Assembly: GCA_965263035.1 (NCBI GenBank) | Contig: OZ253580.1 | Location: forward strand, 1,184,001 to 1,248,000 | DNA: 64,000 nucleotides | Source of the DNA: Acidobacteriota bacterium | GTDB lineage: Bacteria; Acidobacteriota; UBA6911; RPQK01; JAJDTT01 | Reading direction: 5' to 3' | Shown: positions 18,323 to 27,212 of the stretch, piece by piece | Position numbering within the stretch: position 1 is the first letter of the stretch | How the letters are laid out: each line of letters begins with the position of its first letter | Notes under the pieces: model-generated | The model's database searches: none | Seen by the model: only the letters and a program-made list of their open reading frames with translations | Told to the model about the DNA's origin: nothing | Translations under genes and position numbers: made by a program

Positions 18323-20332
18323 TCAGCCGACATTCAGGGTCACCAGGTCGTTCTTCTTCTTTTTCTTGAGCACTATCTCCTCATAGTACTCCCGCACCGC
18401 CGCCTGCTCCCGCAAGGCCTTGCGCCGCGCCATCTTCTCGTCGCGGGCGGTCTGGGGTTTGTCGCCACGGTCGCGGACGCGCGCCGCGTCGTCGCCCCGG
18501 ATCTGCAACGAGTGATCGTAACTCTGCAACGGCGCATCCTTTCCACCGGCGAAGATCTGATGACGGCCGTTCTCCTTGTACCACTGGGCGACGGTCGCGT
18601 TCTTGTGCATGTTCTCGATGATCTGCCGCCAGCCATGGCCCGTGTTGTAGGCACAGAAGGAGATCTCTCCCTCCTGGGTGGCGTAGGGGATGATGCACAT
18701 CTCGGTGCGGCGGAAGTCGTAGTTGAACAGGTCCTGAAACCACATGCCGGCCACGAAGAGGAAGTTCCAGGGATCGTCCCTTCGCTTCTTGCCCTGGCCG
18801 TAATCCTTTCCGCTCAGACCGAAGCTCTTGTCGAACTTCCTGAGGATGTCGATCAGAGTGAGACGGGACGGCGCATTGAAGGGGCTGTAGTTCTTCAGCA
18901 CGGCCAGACCGATCATGAAATTCGAGAATTTGGTGCTCCGGGCCGCGTCGGTCACCTTCTGCATGTCCTTGACCAGCCCGGGGATGTTCAGGAACTGGGG
19001 AACCGGAGCCGCCTCTTTGGTCTCCTTGTCGATCATCATGGCGGTTCCCACGCCGCAATTCGGATGGCAGCCGCAACTGACCTGACCCCAATCGGCGTTG
19101 GGACCATGGGCCACGTCGGCAAAGTCGGCAAACGCGCCCATCAGGGACAGCGGAAACCAGTCACGGGTGGGCTCGGTGAGTCCTACTTGGCCCTTCACGT
19201 CCTGGGCCAGGTGAGACAGGGTGTACCGCTGGCGGAGCCGCCGCTCGTCGGTGATGGCCTCATCCCTGCCGGTGAAGGAGACGGGCTGGAAGGCGATGAA
19301 GGCCACCTTCTTGGGGTTGTCCATGGCGAAGCGGATGATGGGTCCGACCTGGTCGTTGTTCACGTCGTTGACCAGCGTCGTCACCAGAATGACCTCGATT
19401 CCCGCCTTGTGGATGTTGTCGATGGCCTTGATCTTCACATCGAACAGGTTTCCGATGTGCCGGTGACTGTTGGCGTCGTTGCCGATGCCGTCGAATTGCA
19501 GATAGGTGTAGCGCAGTCCGGCCTCGTACGCCTTCCTGGAAAACTCCAGGCTCTTGGCGAACTCGATCCCGTTGGTGGCCGCCTGGACGCTGTTGTAACC
19601 GATCTTGCGGGAGTACTTGAGGGCCCGGAAGAAATGGGGCGACATGGTGGGCTCGCCGCCCGAGAACTGTACGGACATCTGCCTGCGGGGCTTGATCTGC
19701 AGCGAGTTGTCCAGGATCTCCTTGATCTCCTCCCATTCCAGCTCGTGGACGTAACCCACCTGGTTGGCATCCATGAAGCAGGGGTCGCACATCATGTTGC
19801 AACGGTTGGTGAGGTCGACCGTCAGGACGCTTCCCCGCCCGTGCTTGATGGTGCTGGACCCGTGGTTGTGGAGGGTGGAGTCATTGTGGGACCGGATATC
19901 CCGACCCGGGAAGTTGGCCTCGATCCAGCTGAGGAACTTGGAGTCGATGGCCATCAGGTCCTCGCACTTCCCGTGGATGGGGCATTCCTTGACCATCCAG
20001 ACCTGCCCTTCCCGCTCAATGATGGTGGCCTTGATCTCGCCCACCTTCTCGTTGATCAGGATCCGGTAGTCTTCCTGGCCCTCGATGATCTTTTCCCGGG
20101 CTTCGACCACGCACTTGGGGCAGAGAGAATCGGTCTTCCGGGGCCAACCCAGAGTGGGTTTGGTCTTCTCCCACGACTTGAGTAGAGGTTTGTCGGACCA
20201 CTTGGGCGTGAAGGACGGGTTGGGCCGATAGTTGTTGAAGAACTGAATGGTGTCGAAAGCCATGCCGGCGCCGAAGGACAGAGCGGCGTCGAAACACTTC
20301 CAAGCTTTATGCAAACCGGTTGATCTTGGCAT
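18323..20332 (-). CDS. Radical SAM protein, tetraether lipid synthase (Tes/GDGT-MAS) family homolog
   Basis: SLCPKC...KECPIHG N-terminal module, DLTNRCNMMCDPCF, QFSGGEPT, YLQFDG, FQPVSFTGR, CHPNCG, MWFQDLFNYD.RR..CIIPYA.....SFCAYN; ATG 20332 with AGGAGG. Confidence 0.8.
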   Translation of the reverse strand: MPRSTGLHKAWKCFDAALSFGAGMAFDTIQFFNNYRPNPSFTPKWSDKPLLKSWEKTKPTLGWPRKTDSLCPKCVVEAREKIIEGQEDYRILINEKVGEIKATIIEREGQVWMVKECPIHGKCEDLMAIDSKFLSWIEANFPGRDIRSHNDSTLHNHGSSTIKHGRGSVLTVDLTNRCNMMCDPCFMDANQVGYVHELEWEEIKEILDNSLQIKPRRQMSVQFSGGEPTMSPHFFRALKYSRKIGYNSVQAATNGIEFAKSLEFSRKAYEAGLRYTYLQFDGIGNDANSHRHIGNLFDVKIKAIDNIHKAGIEVILVTTLVNDVNNDQVGPIIRFAMDNPKKVAFIAFQPVSFTGRDEAITDERRLRQRYTLSHLAQDVKGQVGLTEPTRDWFPLSLMGAFADFADVAHGPNADWGQVSCGCHPNCGVGTAMMIDKETKEAAPVPQFLNIPGLVKDMQKVTDAARSTKFSNFMIGLAVLKNYSPFNAPSRLTLIDILRKFDKSFGLSGKDYGQGKKRRDDPWNFLFVAGMWFQDLFNYDFRRTEMCIIPYATQEGEISFCAYNTGHGWRQIIENMHKNATVAQWYKENGRHQIFAGGKDAPLQSYDHSLQIRGDDAARVRDRGDKPQTARDEKMARRKALREQAAVREYYEEIVLKKKKKNDLVTLNVG

Positions 20333-20620
20333 CGAGAATCTTCCTCCTGAAATCTGGGGGCGGGACAAAAGTCTACCGTAGAGCCCCTCGCAAAGCGTCA
20401 CGCAGGACGCGCCACATCACCCTTGCCAGCAACTATCCTGCGCCCAAGGTGGCGCCGGGGTCAACCTGGCATTGGCGACCAGGATGGCAAGATTCCTTTT
20501 TTTTCCCGAAAGTGATCCGTTTTTGCACACTCCCTTAGAGATAAATTGGAAGAAACCCTTTTCTGAGTTAGAATCTGTGTTGCGGTTCCAACATGCGAAT
20601 TCCGCGCGGGGTATTTTTCA

Positions 20621-21220
20621 ATGATTATCTTTACCAATGAAGCCAAAGAGCAGGTCCTGGCTGTGATCCGGCAACAGCAGGGCAAGAATCCGGCCCTTCG
20701 AGTTCAGGCCACGGCCAACGGCACGGCCGAATTTCAATACAGCATGCAATTGATCACGGCCGAGGAGCAGAGCCCGGAGGATCTGGTCGTCGATTCCGGT
20801 GAATTCCGGGTGATCCTGGACCCCAGGAGCGCCGAGAACCTGAACGGGGCCACCGTCGACTTCGAGGACAAGATCCTGAGGAGCGGCTTCAAGTTCCAAA
20901 ATCCCAACAAGCCGACGGTTCCAACGTTGGGCGAAGGCCCGAGAAAGGACCTTACCGGACCGGTGGTGGAACGGGTTCAGAGATTGCTGGATACGGAAAT
21001 CAATCCTGCCATTGCCGCTCACGGGGGACAGGTTCATCTCCTCGGAGTTCGCAAGAGCAAGGTCTATCTCTCTTTCGGCGGGGGCTGCCACGGTTGCGGT
21101 ATGGCAGACGTGACCCTGAAGGAAGGAATCGAGACCCGCATCAAGGAGGTGGTCCCCGAGATCGTCGAGGTCGTGGACACGACCGACCACACAACCGGGG
21201 AGAATCCCTACTACTCGTAG
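20621..21220 (+). CDS. nfuA: Fe-S cluster biogenesis carrier NfuA (degenerate HesB + NifU-C)
   Basis: GFKFQNPN, EINPAIAAHGG, FGGGCHGCGMADVTLKEGIE, TDHTTGENPYY. Confidence 0.9.
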   Translation: MIIFTNEAKEQVLAVIRQQQGKNPALRVQATANGTAEFQYSMQLITAEEQSPEDLVVDSGEFRVILDPRSAENLNGATVDFEDKILRSGFKFQNPNKPTVPTLGEGPRKDLTGPVVERVQRLLDTEINPAIAAHGGQVHLLGVRKSKVYLSFGGGCHGCGMADVTLKEGIETRIKEVVPEIVEVVDTTDHTTGENPYYS

Positions 21221-21450
21221 ATAGTCGCGAACCAAGTCCGGCATTGCACGGAGACCGCCGTCTCGAACTTGAGGACGAGCCGCGCCGGCGCATGGGCACT
21301 CGGTATGGGTGCCGGTTCCGCAGACTCCATTGGGAAACTAAGGCGGCCATCCCCGTTGCCCGGGCCGATTGCCGCGAGTCGGGTATATCTGGTATAAATC
21401 CTGGTCTTTCGTAAATCCTGCGTCTGTTCTCACTTGAGGTTGGTTGAGCA

Positions 21451-22605
21451 ATGAAGAGGAACCTGCTTCCCGTTTTTGGACTGCCCGCCGCACTGCTGTT
21501 TCTGGCAGGTTGCGGAACTCCGAGCAGCCTGCTTTCGATCAAGAAGGACAAGGTTGTCCTGGTCGCCACGGTTCCCTTCGAGGCGCCGCTCCTCTACCAG
21601 ACGGGAGGCGAGGGCCTGGTGGGCCCCGAAGCCGAAATGGCTGCCCAGATCGTGGAGAAGGTGAATGCCTCCATCGCCGCGGAAGGCGACGACCCCAATG
21701 TGGTCCTGCGGTGGATCATCAGGCGCTATGGATCCCTGATGGCCGCCTTGGAGAACGAGGAGGCGCACGCGGTCATCGCAGTGTTCGGTGTCAACGAAGA
21801 CCGCAAGCGTCGAGTCGATTTCTCCACTCCCGTCTACACCTCCAGTTTGAGTCTGGTCATCAATCCGGTCCACAAGGACTTGAGGCCGGGCGTTCTCTCC
21901 ACGGCCAAGATCGGCGTGCGGGAGGACACCGAAGTTCAGAGGTGGGTCAAGAGGCAGTTCTCCCAATCGACCATCACTCCGTTCAAGACCTTGGATGACG
22001 CCGTTTTGGCGCTACGCCGAGGAGAAGTGGACTGTCTGATCGCTGACCGGTACATGGCCGCGTACGCCTTGGCCACGCTGCCGGGATCCAGCCACCTGGA
22101 AATTCTGCCGGAAGAAGTCGGACGCGTGGAGTGCGCCGTGGCGGTCCGGAAGGGCGATCCGGAAATGCTCAAGATCGTGGAAGAGGCCGTCGCCGAAGTC
22201 AGGCAGGGCAAGCGTTACGAGAAATGGCTTGCCGAGCACGACGACAATCGATTGGCGCAGGTGCAGGGCCGGCACGGCGATAGGATGAAAAAGGAGTTGG
22301 GACCTCGCAAGATTCGGATCCAGGTGTCCAAGGCCGCGGGGTATGACTTCGACATCTATCGCATCGCCAACCTGACCTTCCAACTGGTCAACCAGCAGTC
22401 AGGCAAGTCGCACCGCTCGTCCAGAATTCGGTTCCGAAGGAGGGTGGGCAGCTGTCAGGCCCAGGCGCCCCCGGGTTCCTATGCGCTGAGGCTCGCCAAA
22501 TTCAAATTCCCTCCATTGGAGTTGCAGATCGACAAGGACGACGGGGACGAGGTGACCGTAAGCATTCGCATCAGTGGTTCCGGGATCACCCTGCAGAAGA
22601 GCTGA
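21451..22605 (+). CDS. Polar amino-acid ABC substrate-binding lipoprotein (family 3) with extra C-terminal domain
   Basis: Lipobox LAGC; EDRKRRVDFSTP, L..GEVDCLIAD, AVAVRKGD. Confidence 0.8.
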   Translation: MKRNLLPVFGLPAALLFLAGCGTPSSLLSIKKDKVVLVATVPFEAPLLYQTGGEGLVGPEAEMAAQIVEKVNASIAAEGDDPNVVLRWIIRRYGSLMAALENEEAHAVIAVFGVNEDRKRRVDFSTPVYTSSLSLVINPVHKDLRPGVLSTAKIGVREDTEVQRWVKRQFSQSTITPFKTLDDAVLALRRGEVDCLIADRYMAAYALATLPGSSHLEILPEEVGRVECAVAVRKGDPEMLKIVEEAVAEVRQGKRYEKWLAEHDDNRLAQVQGRHGDRMKKELGPRKIRIQVSKAAGYDFDIYRIANLTFQLVNQQSGKSHRSSRIRFRRRVGSCQAQAPPGSYALRLAKFKFPPLELQIDKDDGDEVTVSIRISGSGITLQKS

Positions 22606-22758
22606 AGACGTTCGTTCGCAGGTTCGCCGCCGTCGCCAGGAGTTCCCTCCGATATTCCACTCCCGTCCGGAGCGACGAACGAGCGGTTCCCCTTTCTTCT
22701 TGAAAATAAATTTCAACATCATTAGACTGCCCTCCCAGTTTCGGCGAAATGGGACACG

Positions 22759-23331
22759 GTGTGGGAAAAGGGAACCGAAGCCAGACGGCTCGTTTACGGA
22801 ATCTGGACGGTATGCCTTTGCTCGACCCTGGTCTTCACCGCCTCCTCGCTGGGGGTGCTGAGCCGGGAGGAGGCGCTGGCGGCGGCCTATCCGGCTGCCC
22901 AAATCCGGGCGGAACGAGTTTTTCTGACCGATCAACAGCGTCGCCGGGCAGCGAAGCTGGCCAAGGCCGATATTCCCAGTCCATTGATCGCCCGTTACGT
23001 GGCACTCCGGGCGGACCGGGTGGTCGGTCGAGCATACGTGGACACTCATGTCGTCCGAACCAAGAAGGAAAGCTTGTTGATCTGCCTTGATGGGGAGGGA
23101 AAGGTGCAGCGAATCGAGGTGACCGCATTTCTCGAACCTCCCGAATACCTCGCATCGCCGGACTGGTACGCCCAGTACGAGAGTCGCGAGCTCAGTGACG
23201 AGCTTTCCCTGAATCGGGCCATACGACCCATCGTCGGAGCGACCCTGACCAGCTTGGCCGCCAACCAGGCCGTGCGCCGGGTGCTGGCCATCGACCAGGT
23301 ATTGCAGGCCGAATCGCAGCCCGGGAAGTAG
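22759..23331 (+). CDS. Extracytoplasmic FMN-binding (flavinylated) protein
   Basis: HVVRTKKE, F.EPPEY, IVGATLTS flavinylation-type motif; signal/TM segment. Confidence 0.85.
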   Translation: MWEKGTEARRLVYGIWTVCLCSTLVFTASSLGVLSREEALAAAYPAAQIRAERVFLTDQQRRRAAKLAKADIPSPLIARYVALRADRVVGRAYVDTHVVRTKKESLLICLDGEGKVQRIEVTAFLEPPEYLASPDWYAQYESRELSDELSLNRAIRPIVGATLTSLAANQAVRRVLAIDQVLQAESQPGK

Positions 23332-23336
23332 ATGAC

Positions 23337-23801
23337 ATGAGCCGCTGGGAAGCCTGGTCGTTTCACATCCTCTCCGTGGTGCTCTCGGCTACGGGGATTT
23401 TCCTCTTCGTCATGAAATACCTGATGGAGAGCCATGATCCGTTTCAGTTGGTCAATCATCCCTGGCAACTCTCTACCCAGAACCTTCACATTCTGGCGGC
23501 TCCCTGCCTGATTCTGATTCTGGGAATGATGTACGGGAGTCACATCACCGACAAATTGCGCAGTCGAACCAAGAGCAATCGGCGCACTGGAATTCTGATT
23601 CTGGTCAGCTTTCCCCTGATGGTGATCTCCGGCTACCTGCTCCAGGTCTTCACCCATCCCACCCTTTCCATCCTGGCCGTCGTCGTGCACTCGGTCAGCG
23701 GGACGGTATTCGCTCTGACCTACCTCTGGCACCAGTGGGTGACCTTCCGGCTCTGGCTCCGTCGGCGAAGAAAGCGCGAGATCAGGTCTCTTGCCGCCTG
23801 A
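23337..23801 (+). CDS. Four-helix His-rich membrane protein (DUF4405/cytochrome b-like)
   Basis: Four TM segments with intramembrane His (NLHIL, GSHI, VVHSVSG, LWHQ); lies between FMN-binding gene and apbE. Confidence 0.65.
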   Translation: MSRWEAWSFHILSVVLSATGIFLFVMKYLMESHDPFQLVNHPWQLSTQNLHILAAPCLILILGMMYGSHITDKLRSRTKSNRRTGILILVSFPLMVISGYLLQVFTHPTLSILAVVVHSVSGTVFALTYLWHQWVTFRLWLRRRRKREIRSLAA

Positions 23802-24921
23802 ATCCAGGCGGCAACCCCGGAAACCGGCGTCATTCCTATTCCGGCTGCTGGCGACAGCCTTCCTCTGCGGCGCTTCCCTGCTCCCGGCTCTGTCCGCTCC
23901 CGAGCTGGTTCCCGTGCGACGGCAGGTGGTCCTGATGGGGACGCTCTGTACCCTGAACGTCTATGCCCGGGACCGGGCTTCCGGAATCGGCCGGTGCGAG
24001 ACCTACATTCGTCTTCTGGAGGAGGCGAACCGGCAACTCAGCACCTGGGTGAAGGAGAGCGAGCTCAGTCGTTTGAACCGGCATCCGGTCGGTGTCCCCT
24101 ACCGGTTTTCTCCGTCGCTGTGCCTGCTCTACAGCGAGCTGCTCCACTGGAATCGGGATACCGAATCCGCCTTCGATCCCGCCATCGGCGCCCTGGCAAA
24201 CGCCTACCGGAGCCTGTCGACGCAACGGACCGGCTTTCGGGAGAGACTGGAGCGGGCCCGGCAATCCTCGGGCATGAGGCATCTCAAGTTCCGGCGGGAG
24301 GATTGCACTGTCGTCCGTGGGGAACAGGTCCTGCTGGACCCGGGAGCCTTCGGCAAGGGTGCGGCCCTGGACAGTGTCTACCAGCACGCCCGAAGCCAGA
24401 AAGACCCGCCCTGGCTCATCGACCTGGGTGGCCAAGTCATGACTTGGGGCACTCCTCCCGTCGAATCCGGATGGAACGTGGAAATCGCCGATCCCGACCG
24501 CCGCACCGTACCGGTTCTGTCGATCCAACTCGACAGTGGAAGCCTGGCCACGAGCGGCGGCTCAGAACGGGACATTCGCGTCGGAGATCGGCGGGTGGCG
24601 CATATTCTGGATCCCAGGACCGGGACCGGCGCCTCCTTCCAGGGCTCGGTGGCAGTCTGGCATCATCGCGCCCTGGTTGCGGACGTTGTTTCCACCGCGC
24701 TCTACGTCATGGGTCCGGAGGAGGGCCTGATCTGGGCGGACCAGCGGAACTTGGCCGCCTGCTTTCTGGACCGGCCACGGATCGAGGGCAATAGAACCGA
24801 ACTCCGGACCCGGGTCACCCGAGCTTTTCTGCAGAGATTTCCGGAGATGGAGTTCACGGAATCGACAGTTTCAGCCGGCCGCTCCCCAGGTTCCCGACGG
24901 AGTCCACGACCCGAACCGTGA
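23791..24921 (+). CDS. apbE: FAD:protein FMN transferase ApbE
   Basis: LMGT, SELSRLN, AFDPAIG, LDPGAFGKG, DLGG, ATSGGSER, HILDPRTG, ADVVSTAL. Confidence 0.92.
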   Translation: MPPESRRQPRKPASFLFRLLATAFLCGASLLPALSAPELVPVRRQVVLMGTLCTLNVYARDRASGIGRCETYIRLLEEANRQLSTWVKESELSRLNRHPVGVPYRFSPSLCLLYSELLHWNRDTESAFDPAIGALANAYRSLSTQRTGFRERLERARQSSGMRHLKFRREDCTVVRGEQVLLDPGAFGKGAALDSVYQHARSQKDPPWLIDLGGQVMTWGTPPVESGWNVEIADPDRRTVPVLSIQLDSGSLATSGGSERDIRVGDRRVAHILDPRTGTGASFQGSVAVWHHRALVADVVSTALYVMGPEEGLIWADQRNLAACFLDRPRIEGNRTELRTRVTRAFLQRFPEMEFTESTVSAGRSPGSRRSPRPEP

Positions 24922-27067
24922 CCAGGTGTTCGCCCCGCTCCAAGCCCTTGAATACCAGCCGGTAGCGTTCCACGGTCCCGTCGGCGATGCCGTCCTCCGG
25001 AAACAGGAGACTCCACCGGCCTCCGTCAACGGCGTATTCCAACTGGTGGATGGCGCTGGCCGCGGTCCGGACTTCAACCTGGAGCCGGGCCTCTGCCCCT
25101 TCGATCTGAGGCGCGCCCCATTCTATGTCGGGGGCGGAGTTGGCCACGACGAAGGGCTTGCTCATCAACTCGCTCTCCAGAGCCTGGTCCGCCGGATTGG
25201 AAGGGGAATCGGAGACGGTGACCCGAACCACATACGTGCCGTCCGGCAAGCTCTTGCCGTCCAGGGTCTGGTAGCGTTCGGCGAGATCCTTTTTCAGTAG
25301 AGTCCATTTGCGGTCACCGGTGGACCGGTAGTGGATGCTGAAAACCAGATCGTCTCCGTTGGGATCCTGAGCACTCCAGGAGAGACTCTGGGCACCGGGC
25401 AGGTACACCCTCCGCGGCGGTGTCTTGACCGTCGGTGAACCCAGACGCCGAATCTCCGAGGGTAAGGAGCGCCGGTGAGCGCCGCCGGGTCCCCCCGGCG
25501 AGACTCCTCCTGCGGGATCGGTGGATGCGTAGCGAACAAAGGCGGCACCTGGGGGATGCACCGTGATCGACGAGAGCAAGGGCGCCAGGTTGTGCTGGAG
25601 ATAACTGACGCTCACCATATCCACGGCGTTGGTCTGAGAGACCACGGCCTCGGACCTGCTCTCGGCAGGAAACTCCAGCTTCCATTGAAGATAGCGAGTG
25701 GGAGGACTCTCGATGCGGGTCCCGCCCGAGTCGGAATATGCCGGACTCCACTTGCCCCAGGTGTCGTCCGGGATATCGGTGTTCCCGGTCCGGACAGACG
25801 CCTTCACCGCCGGTTCGACACGGTCGATCACCTCCCATTCGATGTTTCCCCAGGAGGCGACCATTCCGGCGTCGAAGACCCTGGACTCATAGACGCCCTG
25901 CTTGGAGGGCTTGGTCTTCAACTCGAAGCCCTTCCCCAGATTGCTGGTGGCGGCAAAGAGTCTCCCGCGGCGTTCCAACAGACGTGTGACCTGTTCCTCT
26001 CCCGACTCGACCAAGAGGGTCACGAATCTTCGGGGGCTGACGGAAATAATCCGGCCTTTGTCTCCGGTGGCCACGAGCAGATTGCCATCGTTGCGGATCA
26101 GAAGATCGAATGCCAAGGCACGGTCGGAGCTGTAAAGGATTTCCACGCCGCCGCTACGGCCGATCCGGTAGATCTCCAACCTCTTTCCCGAACTGGTCCC
26201 GGATACCCGAACGGTGCGGCTCGAATTTGTGGACGGAGCCGAAGTGGTCACGGTCTTGGCGGTAGTCTTGGCCGTGCTCTCCGACTTCCGGGAGGCAGCT
26301 TGCGCGCCCCCTGACAAGGCTGCCGCAAATATGGTTCCGTACCGATCGACGGCGATCGACCTGACCTCTTCCAAGGGCGAGTCGTGGACCACGGTGGCCC
26401 CGCCTTCCGAGGACAGGCGCAGGATCAAGGCCCGCGCAGACGTCCCGGCGAGGATATTGCCGTCCAGGTCCCAGGCCAGGCTCACGATGTGGGTGGCCGG
26501 ACTGTCGTAGAACTGCCGCCCTTCCCCGTCGGGGCCGACCTTGTAGACGACGCCTCTGGAACCGGTGCCCACGAAGACATTGTCCCGCCGGTCGATGGCC
26601 AGCGACCAGATGTACTTCTGGTCGGGGTCGAAGAAGACCTCGGCCTTTCCCGTCAAATCCAGCCGGTAGACGTTGCCGTCGGGAGCGGTGCCGGCGTAGA
26701 CCCGCCCCGACGAATCGACCGCCATGGCGTAGACCCCCGGCTCGTCCAACTTGGCCCACTCCTTGGATTCCCCGTTGGCGGCGATCCGAAAGATCTTGCC
26801 GTCGTTGCCGGTCCCGAGATAGAAGTTGCCAAAACCGTCGACGACGGCGGAGTAGACGAACGGCTCCTCGGTGTCCAGCAAAGGCTCCAGAGCGGGGGCG
26901 ATGATGAGCCGGGCGTCGCTGGTGACGGAGACTCCCCGCAGCTTCCCCTTCAGGAATTCGTCTCGAGTTGCCGACACCCATTTGCGCGGTTGAGTGGCCA
27001 ATAGAGAGCCGCCCCATGAGAGGAGGCACAGGAGCGGCAAAAGCCGTTTGAGAAGACGGAAATTCAT
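24854..27067 (-). CDS. Secreted beta-propeller protein with C-terminal FN3/Ig-like domains
   Basis: Signal peptide; repeated YxGT..GxxYR blades; RTGNT..PDDTW..WS, RYLQWK, W...DPNGDDL, LPDGTY. Confidence 0.8.
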   Translation of the reverse strand: MNFRLLKRLLPLLCLLSWGGSLLATQPRKWVSATRDEFLKGKLRGVSVTSDARLIIAPALEPLLDTEEPFVYSAVVDGFGNFYLGTGNDGKIFRIAANGESKEWAKLDEPGVYAMAVDSSGRVYAGTAPDGNVYRLDLTGKAEVFFDPDQKYIWSLAIDRRDNVFVGTGSRGVVYKVGPDGEGRQFYDSPATHIVSLAWDLDGNILAGTSARALILRLSSEGGATVVHDSPLEEVRSIAVDRYGTIFAAALSGGAQAASRKSESTAKTTAKTVTTSAPSTNSSRTVRVSGTSSGKRLEIYRIGRSGGVEILYSSDRALAFDLLIRNDGNLLVATGDKGRIISVSPRRFVTLLVESGEEQVTRLLERRGRLFAATSNLGKGFELKTKPSKQGVYESRVFDAGMVASWGNIEWEVIDRVEPAVKASVRTGNTDIPDDTWGKWSPAYSDSGGTRIESPPTRYLQWKLEFPAESRSEAVVSQTNAVDMVSVSYLQHNLAPLLSSITVHPPGAAFVRYASTDPAGGVSPGGPGGAHRRSLPSEIRRLGSPTVKTPPRRVYLPGAQSLSWSAQDPNGDDLVFSIHYRSTGDRKWTLLKKDLAERYQTLDGKSLPDGTYVVRVTVSDSPSNPADQALESELMSKPFVVANSAPDIEWGAPQIEGAEARLQVEVRTAASAIHQLEYAVDGGRWSLLFPEDGIADGTVERYRLVFKGLERGEHLVTVRVVDSVGNLGSGRLKLSIP

Positions 27068-27094
27068 GGGAGACTCACGGGAAATGCGGGCTAG

Positions 27095-27203
27095 GAGGCT
27101 GTCCGAGAATAGACTATTTTAAAAAAGTCTTGTTTGTAAACTATTGATTTATAAAGGGTTAAGTTTTAAAAAACTATGATTTTTCGAGTTCTCGGACAGC
27201 CTC
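27095..27203. mobile_element. 109-bp MITE with 15-bp perfect terminal inverted repeats and CTAG target duplication
   Basis: CTAG|GAGGCTGTCCGAGAA (27095-27109)...TTCTCGGACAGCCTC (27189-27203)|CTAG; strongly AT-rich core. Confidence 0.85.
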
Positions 27204-27212
27204 CTAGGGCTC

